Both the position numbers and the translations under genes were made by a program. A DNA stretch of 38,784 nt from Candidatus Nanohalarchaeota archaeon. Its GTDB lineage: Archaea > Nanohalarchaeota > Nanosalinia > Nanosalinales > JAFCCC01. The stretch covers positions 1-38,784 of the forward strand of contig JAFCCC010000008.1 in NCBI GenBank assembly GCA_017610385.1. The letters run 5' to 3'. Each line of letters begins with the position of its first letter. Within the stretch, counting starts at the first letter, position 1. Shown here one piece after another: positions 17,312-27,362 of this stretch. The notes below the pieces were generated by a model. That model had not been told where the DNA came from. It did not search any database and was given only the letters and a program-made list of their open reading frames with translations.

Positions 17312-20263
17312 ATGAAAAAATTACTTGCAGTTTTATTTGCATTGATTGCTTTCATAGGTGTTGCTAGTGCGGGAATCGTTGGCTCCTATTCTCTAAAAGT
17401 TAATGTGTATGATTATTCAACTTCTCAGAGCATTATTGCAGATTCTATTTGTGTTGATAGTAATTGTGTTTACAATAAACAAAGCTATACGTTTAATGTA
17501 AACAAAGGCGATCACAATATTTTTGTTATAGAAAATAATTACAACAGTTACAGTTCTTCACTATATATCCAATCTAATTCGTTTAAGAATGTTTATTTAC
17601 AAAGCGGTTCAGGTGGTATAACTCCTGTTGAGGGATATAGTTTAACAATTAAAATTTATGATTATGATACTAGACAGCCGATTTCTGTTGATGATATCTG
17701 TGTAGATGCGAAATGTGTTCAAAATAAGCAAATATATAGTTTTAGTGTAAGCAAAGGCACACGAATGATTGCGGTTGGAGATGAAGACTATCAAAGTTAT
17801 AGTAGTTCCATATATATTCAATCTAATTCGTTTAAGAATGTTTATCTAAAACGAAATAGTTGCCCACTTCCGCCAGCCCCGGTTTGTGGAAATGGAATTT
17901 GTGAATCAGGGGAGACACAATATAATTGTCCTCAAGATTGCGGCACACCCCAAAACGAATGTCGTGATTCTGATGGAGGTTTAGACTATTACAAAAAAGG
18001 AACCGTGATAATTAGTTCGGGTAGTTGTGGCTCTTGTGAAAATAGTTATACGGATTATTGCACTAGTTCTGTTGTTTTGAAAGAGTATTATTGTTCTGGA
18101 AATAGTATGAGTTCTACAAGTTACACTTGCTCGTATGGTTGTGAGGCGGGTGCATGTAAATTACACATTGAGCCGTCTTGTGATCCACAATATTTAGATA
18201 ATTATCAATGTAGTAGAAATTGGGTACAAAGAGAATATCAGAATACAGATTGTTCTACTGTATGGAAGAATTGGGAACTTTGTGAGCATGGTTGTGAGAA
18301 TGGTGTGTGCAAATCTGAGCCACGTTGTAATGTAGACGTCTATGATTTAACTCTAAGCGATTCTGAAGTTACTGTAGGAGAAAACGTGGTTGTAAGAGCC
18401 ACTATTAAGAATACTGGTGAAAGTACTGAAAAAATCAGAGTAAGAATGTATTATAGAACGGAACGTGAAGATGTTCAGGAGTATACTCTATCACCCGATC
18501 AATCTAGAGAAATTTCTTTTGAATTAAATAACATAGTATATGCAGGCTATGTTAAAGTTGAGGCAGAGTCTTGCAATAATGTCAAAAATGCTGTAACTAA
18601 AAGAATTAGAATTGAACAGGAATCTATTGCTACTGGAGATTTAAAAATTACTGTTATGAAGGGGGTAGGTTGTGGTACAGATTGCTCTTGCGGTTCATGT
18701 GCTTCTTGTAGTTATTCTTGTGGAACTTGTGATCGAGAGTTGCAAGGTGCAAAAGTATTAATTGAACGAGAAAGTGGTGGTTATACTACCTACAAATATA
18801 CTAATTCAGCTGGAGAAGCAAGATTTTATAATCTTCCAGAAGGAACTTATGAAATTACAGTAAGCAAAAGTGGATATAATAGTATAAGAACTAATGCAGA
18901 CGTTGAAGAAAATGAAATAACATCTAAAACAATTTCATTGGCCTGCTGTGGTGATGGAACATGTTCTTTCCATGATTTAGAACTTAGAAGAATTATTTTA
19001 CCTCAAGAGATTCATGCAGGAGATTCAATTTATATTGAGAGTAGAGTGAAAAATCTTGGTGGCTGTACTGAGAAGAACATAAAAGTAAGTGTGACTGCAT
19101 TTGGACAAACTAAAACTTCGGATGTTTTTTCATTAGGGAAAAATAATGAAAAAAGTGTTTTATTACAATTTAATATTCCTTCAAATTATTATGGCCATTA
19201 TGCAGTAATATCTCGGGTTTGGAATTCAAATGATGAAGATGTTTTGGAAACAGATGCGTTTGTTTCAGAAGTTCGTGCTATTTTAAAATTAGATCCTTCG
19301 ACGGTTCATGTTAATGAATCGGTTCATGTTTATGGATACATTAAAGGAAAGAGCTCAGCTAAATTATATTTGGGAAATAGATACATTAGAAAAATTTATA
19401 CAGATAGTAGGGGATATTATTCAACATATATAACACCAAAAGTTCCTGGCAAACTCTCTGTAAGTTTAAAAGATAGTTCGTTTACAGTAAGCAAATATCT
19501 GACGGTTATTGCCGATTTATGGATTAAAAATATTGAATTAAAGGAGATGGTTGCTGTTGGAGAAAGCTTTAGTGTTTGTTCGGTTATTGAAACTACAAAA
19601 ACAGGTTATGTAACAGTAGGCTTGTATGTGGATGGAATTAAATACACACAAACAAGACCCTATATTATAGGTTCTAAAAATGTTTGTATAACTACAAAAA
19701 TTTTGGAAAAAGGGCATAAAGAAATTCAAATTGTTGCAGCTCAAGATGATAAAAGAGATGAAATTAGTGGTAAAATAGAAGTCATTAAACCAAACACAGA
19801 AGTTTTGGTTGTACCAAAGAATCTAATGATTGAACAGGGGAAAGATGGTTTATTAAAAATTGTTGTAACAAACTCGGACCCAATTGAAAAAGAATATGTT
19901 GTTTCAATTAATTACATGGATCAAGTAAGTATAGACATTCCTGTTGATTCAGCAAGATTAACTCAGTACGAATCTAAAACATTTTATGTAAATTTAAATC
20001 CACATAAAAAAGGAGAATTTAACAGTATTGTAACTGTTAAAGCAGATGACGTAATTTTAAAAGAAATTCCAATTAAGTTATATACTTCACAACAGTATCT
20101 TTCTTGGAATGAGAAAGTCAGTATGTTTTTTCAAAGAGCGGGGATACGTGCTGGTTTGGTAACTGGAATAATTACATTGGCATTGATTGTTATTGTAATT
20201 ATTATTTCCATATTGTATGTAGGATTTTTTAGGGTAAAACCAATGGAACCACATTACAAATAG
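17312..20263 (+). CDS. Large cell-surface protein (duplicated PEGA-like domains, Cys-rich repeats, CARDB/Ig-like domains, C-terminal TM anchor)
   Basis: Signal peptide; two near-identical N-terminal units ending YIQSNSFKNVYL; CGNGICESGETQYNCPQDC; C.DSDGG.DYY.KG; ATIKNTG and GTYEITVSKSGY; TM near C-terminus. Confidence 0.85.
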   Translation: MKKLLAVLFALIAFIGVASAGIVGSYSLKVNVYDYSTSQSIIADSICVDSNCVYNKQSYTFNVNKGDHNIFVIENNYNSYSSSLYIQSNSFKNVYLQSGSGGITPVEGYSLTIKIYDYDTRQPISVDDICVDAKCVQNKQIYSFSVSKGTRMIAVGDEDYQSYSSSIYIQSNSFKNVYLKRNSCPLPPAPVCGNGICESGETQYNCPQDCGTPQNECRDSDGGLDYYKKGTVIISSGSCGSCENSYTDYCTSSVVLKEYYCSGNSMSSTSYTCSYGCEAGACKLHIEPSCDPQYLDNYQCSRNWVQREYQNTDCSTVWKNWELCEHGCENGVCKSEPRCNVDVYDLTLSDSEVTVGENVVVRATIKNTGESTEKIRVRMYYRTEREDVQEYTLSPDQSREISFELNNIVYAGYVKVEAESCNNVKNAVTKRIRIEQESIATGDLKITVMKGVGCGTDCSCGSCASCSYSCGTCDRELQGAKVLIERESGGYTTYKYTNSAGEARFYNLPEGTYEITVSKSGYNSIRTNADVEENEITSKTISLACCGDGTCSFHDLELRRIILPQEIHAGDSIYIESRVKNLGGCTEKNIKVSVTAFGQTKTSDVFSLGKNNEKSVLLQFNIPSNYYGHYAVISRVWNSNDEDVLETDAFVSEVRAILKLDPSTVHVNESVHVYGYIKGKSSAKLYLGNRYIRKIYTDSRGYYSTYITPKVPGKLSVSLKDSSFTVSKYLTVIADLWIKNIELKEMVAVGESFSVCSVIETTKTGYVTVGLYVDGIKYTQTRPYIIGSKNVCITTKILEKGHKEIQIVAAQDDKRDEISGKIEVIKPNTEVLVVPKNLMIEQGKDGLLKIVVTNSDPIEKEYVVSINYMDQVSIDIPVDSARLTQYESKTFYVNLNPHKKGEFNSIVTVKADDVILKEIPIKLYTSQQYLSWNEKVSMFFQRAGIRAGLVTGIITLALIVIVIIISILYVGFFRVKPMEPHYK

Positions 20264-20335
20264 TTTACATAGTATTACTTAATAGTGGGAAAAATGCATA
20301 GTTATATAAATTTTATCACTTATTAGGTACTATAA

Positions 20336-22084
20336 ATGATTAAAATGAAATTCAGATTATTAACTTTGTTCATATTTGGTATATTACTAATTAGCATAGT
20401 TGGTGCTAGCAAGGCCCAATTAGATTTGTTTCCAGATAAATCATCTGCATGTCCAACTCATACAGCATATTTTGAATTAAGTGTACAGAACATAGGTCCT
20501 GTACAAGACACATATCAAGTTACTTCTTCACAACCAGATATTATTACTATTGCACCAGATATGATTACATTAAACGCTGGTGAAATTTATAAGGATCCTC
20601 ATGTTTGGTATACTCCCAAAACAACTACTGAGCCAGGAAATTATGATTTTACATTGTATGTCACTTCAATGGCGACTGGTGAAAGATACAGCATTGATGG
20701 TTCAATTGAAGTTTTAGCATGTCATGATGTAGATATTACTCCAGTGTCCTCTGTTATGGTCGGTTGCATTGCAGAAAAATCTACATTAGATTTAATAATT
20801 TCTAATTCTGGACGAGATACTGAAGATTTTGTTTTAGATACCAATTATGGAAAATTAAGTCAATCTGAAGTTTCTCTGCAGCCAGGAACATCTGAAACAA
20901 TAACATTAACCGCACAAGGAACAAAAATCGGAAGCAGAGATATTCGAGTTACAGCACAATCAACTACATCTTATGCATATGAAACAAAGGTTATTGCATT
21001 ACAAACTGAAAAATGTTATGACTCAGCAATAATTGTCGCTCCAGAAAGAAATGAAATTTGTGCTGGAACAGAAGGATCATTTTCAGTTGTTGTGAGAAAT
21101 CTAGGAACAAAAAGTGATACTTTTATTTTAAGTTCAACTGGTGGCAGACTACAAACAGATTCACTAATTGTAGCACCAGGCGAAAGTAAGGAAACTCAAT
21201 TATACTTTACTCCAGATGAATTAAAGACTTATGAAATTACAATAAATGCGATTGGCAAAACAGAAAGCGAAGATGTTGTTACTGCGGTAGGTGCAAATTG
21301 TAAAAACGTTGCGGTTCTGTTAACGCCATCTGAACGGTCTATTTGCGAAACAGATAAAACAGATTACACAGTAATGGTTCAAAATACAGGTAAAGTTGCA
21401 GATACTTATGTATTAGTAAGCAACATTGGAACATTAGGAAAGACAAGTGTTTCTTTAAATCCTGGAGAAGACGAAACCGTAGACTTACAAGTTGATGGAA
21501 GAAAATTAGGAAGTGGAACACACATTATAAAAGTAAGAGCAAAATCTATGTTTATTAGCACTGTTAGAGATTACTCTGAAGTAAAATTGACTGTGGAAAA
21601 CTGCTATGACTTGAACATGAATGTAAATCCTACTGAAGCGCAGATTGATGCGGGAGATGGATTGCTGTTTGAAGTTACTTTACAAAACACAGGGAGTATG
21701 GAAAATACATATCACTTGAATCTTCAGGGTCCGGCATGGGCCTCATTAAAACCAAGTGATGCGACATTGGCTCCAGGAAAAAGTAAAGTGGCATATGTTT
21801 ATGTTGCAGCACCGTTTGAAATTGCGGGAAACTTTGATATAAAAATTATGGCAGAAGATCAAAGTGGAACCATTCAAAAGGTTAAAACAGTTACAGTTTC
21901 AATCGGAGAAATGAATCTTCCGGAGCAAATTCCATCTGTGAAGCCATTCTTTGAAACAGTTAGAATGTGGTGGAATACGATTGTTAACGCATTCGCCAGC
22001 ATTGGTCTGGTGTGGGGAATTGTGATTTCAATTGGTGCAGGATTGATCATTGTTAGTGCAATTATTTGGAAAGAAGTTCGATAA
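20336..22084 (+). CDS. Cell-surface protein with five tandem Ig-like (CARDB/NEW3-type) domains and C-terminal TM anchor
   Basis: Repeated (V/I/L)xNxGxxx(D/E/N) ... (L/V)x(A/P)G(E/T/K) units; signal peptide; terminal hydrophobic helix. Confidence 0.8.
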   Translation: MIKMKFRLLTLFIFGILLISIVGASKAQLDLFPDKSSACPTHTAYFELSVQNIGPVQDTYQVTSSQPDIITIAPDMITLNAGEIYKDPHVWYTPKTTTEPGNYDFTLYVTSMATGERYSIDGSIEVLACHDVDITPVSSVMVGCIAEKSTLDLIISNSGRDTEDFVLDTNYGKLSQSEVSLQPGTSETITLTAQGTKIGSRDIRVTAQSTTSYAYETKVIALQTEKCYDSAIIVAPERNEICAGTEGSFSVVVRNLGTKSDTFILSSTGGRLQTDSLIVAPGESKETQLYFTPDELKTYEITINAIGKTESEDVVTAVGANCKNVAVLLTPSERSICETDKTDYTVMVQNTGKVADTYVLVSNIGTLGKTSVSLNPGEDETVDLQVDGRKLGSGTHIIKVRAKSMFISTVRDYSEVKLTVENCYDLNMNVNPTEAQIDAGDGLLFEVTLQNTGSMENTYHLNLQGPAWASLKPSDATLAPGKSKVAYVYVAAPFEIAGNFDIKIMAEDQSGTIQKVKTVTVSIGEMNLPEQIPSVKPFFETVRMWWNTIVNAFASIGLVWGIVISIGAGLIIVSAIIWKEVR

Positions 22085-22103
22085 ACGAATTTCTTCTTTT
22101 CTT
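22071..22103 (+). terminator. Hairpin plus pyrimidine tract at gene end
   Basis: AAGAAGTTCG-ATAAA-CGAATTTCTT stem followed by CTTTTCTT. Confidence 0.45.
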
Positions 22104-22133
22104 ATACTTTCGAATAAAACCAAACTAATTCTG

Positions 22134-22237
22134 GATAAAAATCAAGTTTAGATAAAATCAATTCTAATTATAGATAAAATCAAGTTTAGAAGTAATACCC
22201 AATTACCTTTATTAGAATTAATACCCAATTACCTTTA
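22134..22237. repeat. Mosaic of short direct repeats
   Basis: GATAAAA(A)TCAAGTTTAGA at 22134-22152 and 22173-22190, partial copy 22149-22161; TAATACCCAATTACCTTTA at 22193-22211 and 22219-22237. Confidence 0.85.
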
Positions 22238-23117
22238 CAGTTATGTCCTGGTCTTCATAATAATTATAAGAACCAGTTAGGGTAATTGGAATTGTTTTTC
22301 TAATTGAAACTTCGTTTGGATAAAAATTAGTGCAAAATGTTTGATTTAATAAAACATCTGCATCGATTACTTGATCTAAGCCTCCAAAGTTAATAGAAAG
22401 ATGAACCAAATTTAAATCGTCATCAAGAATATTATCAACAGGGGATCCAATAGCATAAACTGTTCCTTTTCCAGAATTTTTAGCTTTAAAACAAATTCTT
22501 AATGTCTCCTGACCACTGGAAACTACGATTGGACTTTTTGTTTCAACTGAAAATTCAATAGGACCTTTTGATGTTGTGATTGTGGGGGTTATAGCTCCGG
22601 TCACACTCGCCTCATTTCTATTTACTAAAACCAATTGTGTAGTACCAATAGACGCATATTGATGATACGTTCTAGCGTAAAAATCATAGTTTACAGTTGT
22701 TCCAGAGGCAATTGCTGGCGCCCGCAAATTCCAATAAGCAACACCTTCTTCTCCTTCAAATCCGGTATATGAATCAGGAGGATAAATATTGCCCAAACAA
22801 GCCCAATCTTCTCCTAAAGCAGAGCAAGAAGGATGATTATTTCGTATTTTCCAGCATTCTGTACAATCACCAAAAGGAGGATTATATAATCTTATTTTTA
22901 CATCTCGAGCATTTTGATCTCCTATATTTTTAACACCCACCTCTAAATAAACATCTTGATTTGATTCTGCGCTAGCGGGTTCCGCTGAGAATGTGGTGAC
23001 CTTTAAAGAATTTGAAGTATGGGTAATATCACCATTTGGATTGGTATTTGAGTTTCCAGTACATCCAGAAATTAAAACTAATACAATAACTAAAAGCAAC
23101 ACAACTATTTTTTTCAT
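22218..23117 (-). CDS. Surface lipoprotein with Ig-like domains
   Basis: MKKIVVLLLVIVLVLISGC lipobox; VKNIGDQNA and AKNSGKGTV motifs. Confidence 0.8.
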   Translation of the reverse strand: MKKIVVLLLVIVLVLISGCTGNSNTNPNGDITHTSNSLKVTTFSAEPASAESNQDVYLEVGVKNIGDQNARDVKIRLYNPPFGDCTECWKIRNNHPSCSALGEDWACLGNIYPPDSYTGFEGEEGVAYWNLRAPAIASGTTVNYDFYARTYHQYASIGTTQLVLVNRNEASVTGAITPTITTSKGPIEFSVETKSPIVVSSGQETLRICFKAKNSGKGTVYAIGSPVDNILDDDLNLVHLSINFGGLDQVIDADVLLNQTFCTNFYPNEVSIRKTIPITLTGSYNYYEDQDITVKVIGY

Positions 23118-23185
23118 CCCAACACAAATATTGTCTTTAGAGTATATTTAAGTCTTGCTTTTAATTGTAATATCAGCGATTTATA

Positions 23186-23971
23186 ATGTTGGACGTATTA
23201 AACTTCCTACAAACTTATTTTTATCTGCCATTAATACGGGATTCAGGCTATAATCTGTACAATACTTTGGTTTATGCGATACTCTTGGCCGTGGTTGCTA
23301 TATTTTTTATTCCATACATCTTAAAACGATTTAAAATACACGCAGATTCTAAATTTGCTTGGGGAATTTTTCCTTATTTTATTCTTGGGGCCATAATACG
23401 TTCTAGTGAGGATATTCATCTTTTTAATTCAATTTGGTTAATTAGTCCCTTAATTTGGGCCGTTGGTTTACTTTTCGGAATTTTAACTTTGTTACTTTCA
23501 ATTTTAATCCAGAAAAAATTCAAAGTGAAGTATCATTATGTGTGGGGTGGATTTGCTGCCTTATGTTCTGTAGCACTTTTAGTTTTCTTCCCATTTAAAA
23601 ACTGGTTAGCCCTTTTAATTGTTTCGGGAATTCTACTAACTTGGACTTTATTTTTACTTTTAACTCAAATTAAGTTTAAATTTAATAAGTGGGCAATTTT
23701 CGCACTTTGGGCACATTTATTTGATGCAACAGTGACCTTTACAGCAATCACCTTCTTTAATTTTTGGGAAAAACATGTTTTACCAAGAACTTTAATTAAA
23801 TCCCTAGGAGCTTGGAGTATGTTTCCTCTAAAACTCTTTGTTTTAATTCCAATATTATGTGGCATTATGAAGTTCATTAAAAAAGAAGATCGTTTGTATT
23901 ACTTAATTGTTGTGAGTTCCTTTGGAATTATAACGGGTTTAAGAGATTTATTAACTTTATTGTGCTCTTAA
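23186..23971 (+). CDS. DUF63-family membrane protein
   Basis: GYNLYNTLVYA, R..ED, LISPLIW, AHLFDATVT, EKHVLPR and GLRDLL motifs. Confidence 0.85.
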   Translation: MLDVLNFLQTYFYLPLIRDSGYNLYNTLVYAILLAVVAIFFIPYILKRFKIHADSKFAWGIFPYFILGAIIRSSEDIHLFNSIWLISPLIWAVGLLFGILTLLLSILIQKKFKVKYHYVWGGFAALCSVALLVFFPFKNWLALLIVSGILLTWTLFLLLTQIKFKFNKWAIFALWAHLFDATVTFTAITFFNFWEKHVLPRTLIKSLGAWSMFPLKLFVLIPILCGIMKFIKKEDRLYYLIVVSSFGIITGLRDLLTLLCS

Positions 23972-23972
23972 A

Positions 23973-25142
23973 TTATCTTTGTTTTTCAACAAGCATAACT
24001 TCTAGGTCACTTATTTCCATTGAGCCGTCGGTAGTTAAAACAATTTCGTTTAACCCACGAGAAATGTGTTGTTTATCAAAGAAAACTCTGGAAAGTCCAG
24101 AGCTAGGGAATAAATTAAAGGTGTGATTTGTTGTTTCGTTTTGCAATCTAATTTCTAAAGAGCCTCTCAAATAAACCTTGTTATCAAATTGAATTAGTCC
24201 TTGGTAGTTGTCTTTTGAAATCTTTTTATATTGCGCGTTAGTTACTTGAAAAACTCGTTTTACAGATGTTTGATTTGGAACTCCAAAATAAAATACTTTA
24301 AGCAAGCTATTTTCAAGATCATAAATAGAATTTTCGCCAGTTGTAATTTCTAATATATTTTCTCCTAATTTTAAGTTGGTTTCATTAGCACTAAAAAGTA
24401 TGGTGTAGGGGGTAGCGCGTAAATATGGTTTTTGGTCATAGATAATTTGATTATTAATTCTAATTGTTATGGGCTCTTCTCTTTGTGATTTCGTAACAAA
24501 AAAAGACAATTCTGCACGATCAAATCCATTTAATTCATAGTCGTGGATTTGAAAGGTCGTAGTAAATTTGTGGTAACCATAATCATTTAGGGTAAATTTA
24601 ATATTTTTTAATTTATAAATTGTTGGGGCCCAGAACCTGAGGCCAGATCCTTGAGCTTTTATTACTAATTTGTTTGCTCCGGCGCGGATATTTTCTAATT
24701 TTAAACTAGGAGAAACAGAATCTAAAACTTTTATGTTAAGTTCCTTTTTACCATTTAATTCAACAATTAAATTACCATATAAATTTGTTTCTGAAACATC
24801 AAAATTCAAGTAAGCTGCTTGGGGGTTGTTTGCATTAAATTCATAAGCCCATTCATGGTGTCCTATAAATCCGTTTTTAATACCATAAGACTCAACATTA
24901 GCTAATGTTTGATTTGCTTTCGTGGCTCCTATAGAAAAACTCCCTAAATACGTATCAGTAAACGTGTTTTCCGTATCCCCTAAAACACCCAAATTTGTAC
25001 TCAAAAACACATTATTGGCTACATAATTTTGAGAATCAGAGGAATTTTGTCCTGCCCAAAAGCCACCAATAATAAAAATGAGTAGCATTGCAGCAATAAT
25101 TAAATAAAATGCCATGTTTACTGGGGCTGCGCCTTTATTCAT
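23973..25142 (-). CDS. Membrane-anchored beta-rich surface protein with class III-like signal peptide
   Basis: MNKG|AAPVNMAFYLIIAAMLLIFIIG; three repeats ending GxNxLxI. Confidence 0.7.
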   Translation of the reverse strand: MNKGAAPVNMAFYLIIAAMLLIFIIGGFWAGQNSSDSQNYVANNVFLSTNLGVLGDTENTFTDTYLGSFSIGATKANQTLANVESYGIKNGFIGHHEWAYEFNANNPQAAYLNFDVSETNLYGNLIVELNGKKELNIKVLDSVSPSLKLENIRAGANKLVIKAQGSGLRFWAPTIYKLKNIKFTLNDYGYHKFTTTFQIHDYELNGFDRAELSFFVTKSQREEPITIRINNQIIYDQKPYLRATPYTILFSANETNLKLGENILEITTGENSIYDLENSLLKVFYFGVPNQTSVKRVFQVTNAQYKKISKDNYQGLIQFDNKVYLRGSLEIRLQNETTNHTFNLFPSSGLSRVFFDKQHISRGLNEIVLTTDGSMEISDLEVMLVEKQR

Positions 25143-25192
25143 ACTATTTATTTTGTTTTACCTTATTAAATATTTTTAACTAATATCTTATT

Positions 25193-26194
25193 ATGAAAGT
25201 ACTAAAACAAGTTCTAAAGGAGAATTTAATGGAACTTAAAGTAGAAAATGAAGAAGATCTTTGGCATCTCAGCTTTATTTTGGAAATTGGGGATTTAATT
25301 AAAATGAAGAGTTTTAGAACTTCTTCTGTGGGAAAAGAAAAAGTGCCGTGCGTTTTAAAGTTGAGGGTTGAAAAAATTTCTTATGAAGGAAAAAGAATTA
25401 GAACAACTGGAAAGATTTTAGAAGGTCCAGAGAAAGTAGAAGCTGGTTATCATACTTTTAATATAGAGGAAAACAGTTTTTTTCTGCTTTGGAAGGAAAA
25501 TTGGAAAAAATACCAAAAAGATAGGATAAAAAAAGCAATCAAAGATAAAAAATACAAGATTCTTGCGTGTTTAATTGAAAAGGAAGATGTTTCTTTTTAT
25601 GTGATTACTGAAATGGGCATAAAATTTGTTGGAGAAAAAGAATCAGAAATTCCAGGAAAAATGTTTAAGGGAGATAAATCAGAAAATGAATTTTTTGGGG
25701 AAGTCATTGCATCTTTAAAATCAATTGAATCTGATAAAATTATTCTTGCTGGACCAGGTTTTGAAAAGGAAAATTTAGCTAGAGTAATCAAAGATAAAGA
25801 AAAAGAATTAAAAAACAAAATTTTTGTTCAAAACACTAGTGTAACTGGAAAAACAGGGGTAACTGAAATTATTAAAAGAGGCGCTATTGAAAAGATAGTA
25901 AAAGAAAGTAGAATTTCCTCTGAAATTAATTTAGTTGAAAAATTTTTAGAGCTTTTAAGTAAAAATAAAGAAGTTTCATATGGATTAAAAGAAGTTCAGA
26001 GAGCTATTGTGCTCGGAGCAGTAAAAGATCTTTTAATTTCTGAAAATAAAATTAGAGAAAAAGGAGTAATTACTCTGATGGGCTCTGCTGAAAAAAACAG
26101 GGCAGAAATTCATATAATTCATGTAGATCATGATTCTGGAAGGCAATTAGAAAGTTTAGGAGGAATTGCAGCTATTTTACGCTTTAAAATTTAA
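25193..26194 (+). CDS. pelA: Pelota/Dom34 mRNA surveillance and ribosome rescue factor
   Basis: EDLWHL..I...GD, G.YHTFNI, ILAGPGFEKE, YG..EV..A...GAV and QLESLGGIAAILRF. Confidence 0.95.
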   Translation: MKVLKQVLKENLMELKVENEEDLWHLSFILEIGDLIKMKSFRTSSVGKEKVPCVLKLRVEKISYEGKRIRTTGKILEGPEKVEAGYHTFNIEENSFFLLWKENWKKYQKDRIKKAIKDKKYKILACLIEKEDVSFYVITEMGIKFVGEKESEIPGKMFKGDKSENEFFGEVIASLKSIESDKIILAGPGFEKENLARVIKDKEKELKNKIFVQNTSVTGKTGVTEIIKRGAIEKIVKESRISSEINLVEKFLELLSKNKEVSYGLKEVQRAIVLGAVKDLLISENKIREKGVITLMGSAEKNRAEIHIIHVDHDSGRQLESLGGIAAILRFKI

Positions 26195-26267
26195 TTGTTC
26201 AGAGTTTAAATTCTATCTTATCTCTTTAAATTATCGTATTAATTTAAATTATTCCTTATTTAAATTA

Positions 26268-27041
26268 TCAAATTTTAATTGTTTTATCGCGTAACGCAGA
26301 AGAAAGTTTTATTAAAGCATTTAAAACATAAGACTCTTCTAATCCTGCGCGAACAGTTACTTCTTGTGTTGCCACATTATATGCAATTATTTGGGTAAAT
26401 GGTTCTTCAATTGAAATAGGATCATATTTTTCTTTTTCATGATCATAAATCTTTGGGTCTCTTGCCAGGGTCCCGCCAGGATCTATTTTGCCTATTCCTC
26501 GGGCCCGAATATGTTCTTTTGCAATTTGTTCTGGGCAAGTAAATTGAATTAAATAGGTATTCCCATACTTTGCAAATCTTTGCAGAATTTCTGTTCGAGA
26601 AGAAGTTCCTTCTTTTCTTCCAAAAGTTGCGTCTAGTATTAACGGGCCTGCATAAGAAAGAATGTATTGTTCACCCCAGTCTAATAATTCGGCGTAGGTT
26701 TGTGCACTTTGCTTGGCCCGTAAATCTAGAAAGGGATTTGCTCTCTCGCGTAAAGAATCTGGTAAAATAATTCCGTGGGTGCTAGTCATTGCCACAAGAA
26801 GATTCAAATGTTCAATATCGTCTTGTTTTTCTAACCAATCAAGAACAGTACCCCACATAGTTTCTAAAGGAGCATTTTCAAAGGGGGATGTATCTGGGTA
26901 ATTTGGAAATAGTTGTGTTCTAATGGTGTCTGTGCCCAATCGCACTCCATTAAGTTCTTCTTTCAGTAGCAAAGATGTTGTAGATTTACCAGTACCTACT
27001 AATCCTGCAGAAATTATTGTATCTTGACTATGTTGATTCAT
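26268..27041 (-). CDS. P-loop kinase (AAA_33-like)
   Basis: Walker A GLVGTGKST, TDTIRTQL, ILDATF and lid HIRARG. Confidence 0.75.
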   Translation of the reverse strand: MNQHSQDTIISAGLVGTGKSTTSLLLKEELNGVRLGTDTIRTQLFPNYPDTSPFENAPLETMWGTVLDWLEKQDDIEHLNLLVAMTSTHGIILPDSLRERANPFLDLRAKQSAQTYAELLDWGEQYILSYAGPLILDATFGRKEGTSSRTEILQRFAKYGNTYLIQFTCPEQIAKEHIRARGIGKIDPGGTLARDPKIYDHEKEKYDPISIEEPFTQIIAYNVATQEVTVRAGLEESYVLNALIKLSSALRDKTIKI

Positions 27042-27132
27042 ATAACAAAATTATCTTCAAGTAATTTATTTTTGTGTAGTGCACTTGAAATGAGAGTTCT
27101 TTTATATTGAACAATCTACGAATGGTGTAGAA

Positions 27133-27286
27133 CGTCGGGGATGGGATTTGAACCCACGTGATCTTGCGATCATCAGGTATTTACGCAATATTTTTATAAA
27201 AGACATTTATTATAAATGTCATATTTGGTGTGCACAGACACCCTACTTAGCAACCTGACGCAATGGCCGGACTATGCGACCCCGAC
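27133..27286 (-). tRNA. tRNA-Ser(GCT) with 69-nt intron at 37/38; CCA not encoded
   Basis: Acceptor GTCGGGG/CCCCGAC, discriminator G, anticodon stem TCAGG/CCTGA, loop TT-GCT-A|A, long variable arm TGATC-GCAA-GATCA, T-arm GTGGG-TTCAAAT-CCCAT; mature length 85 nt. Confidence 0.95.
27179..27247 (-). other. tRNA intron with BHB motif
   Basis: Central helix UUGC/GUAA flanked by 3-nt bulges UA|A and AU|A. Confidence 0.9.
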
Positions 27287-27362
27287 ATTGTTACTTCTAC
27301 AATAGTACAATACTTATTTAAATTTAAGAATTTAAACTCAAGGTATACTTGAGGTAATACTT

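Noticed and set aside
22134-22237. CRISPR array
   Set aside because: Repeats are short, irregularly spaced, of two kinds, lack unique spacers, and no cas genes are nearby.
26195-27132. Integrated element at the tRNA 3' end
   Set aside because: No integrase and no visible duplicate of the tRNA 3' end; only one gene lies before pelota.
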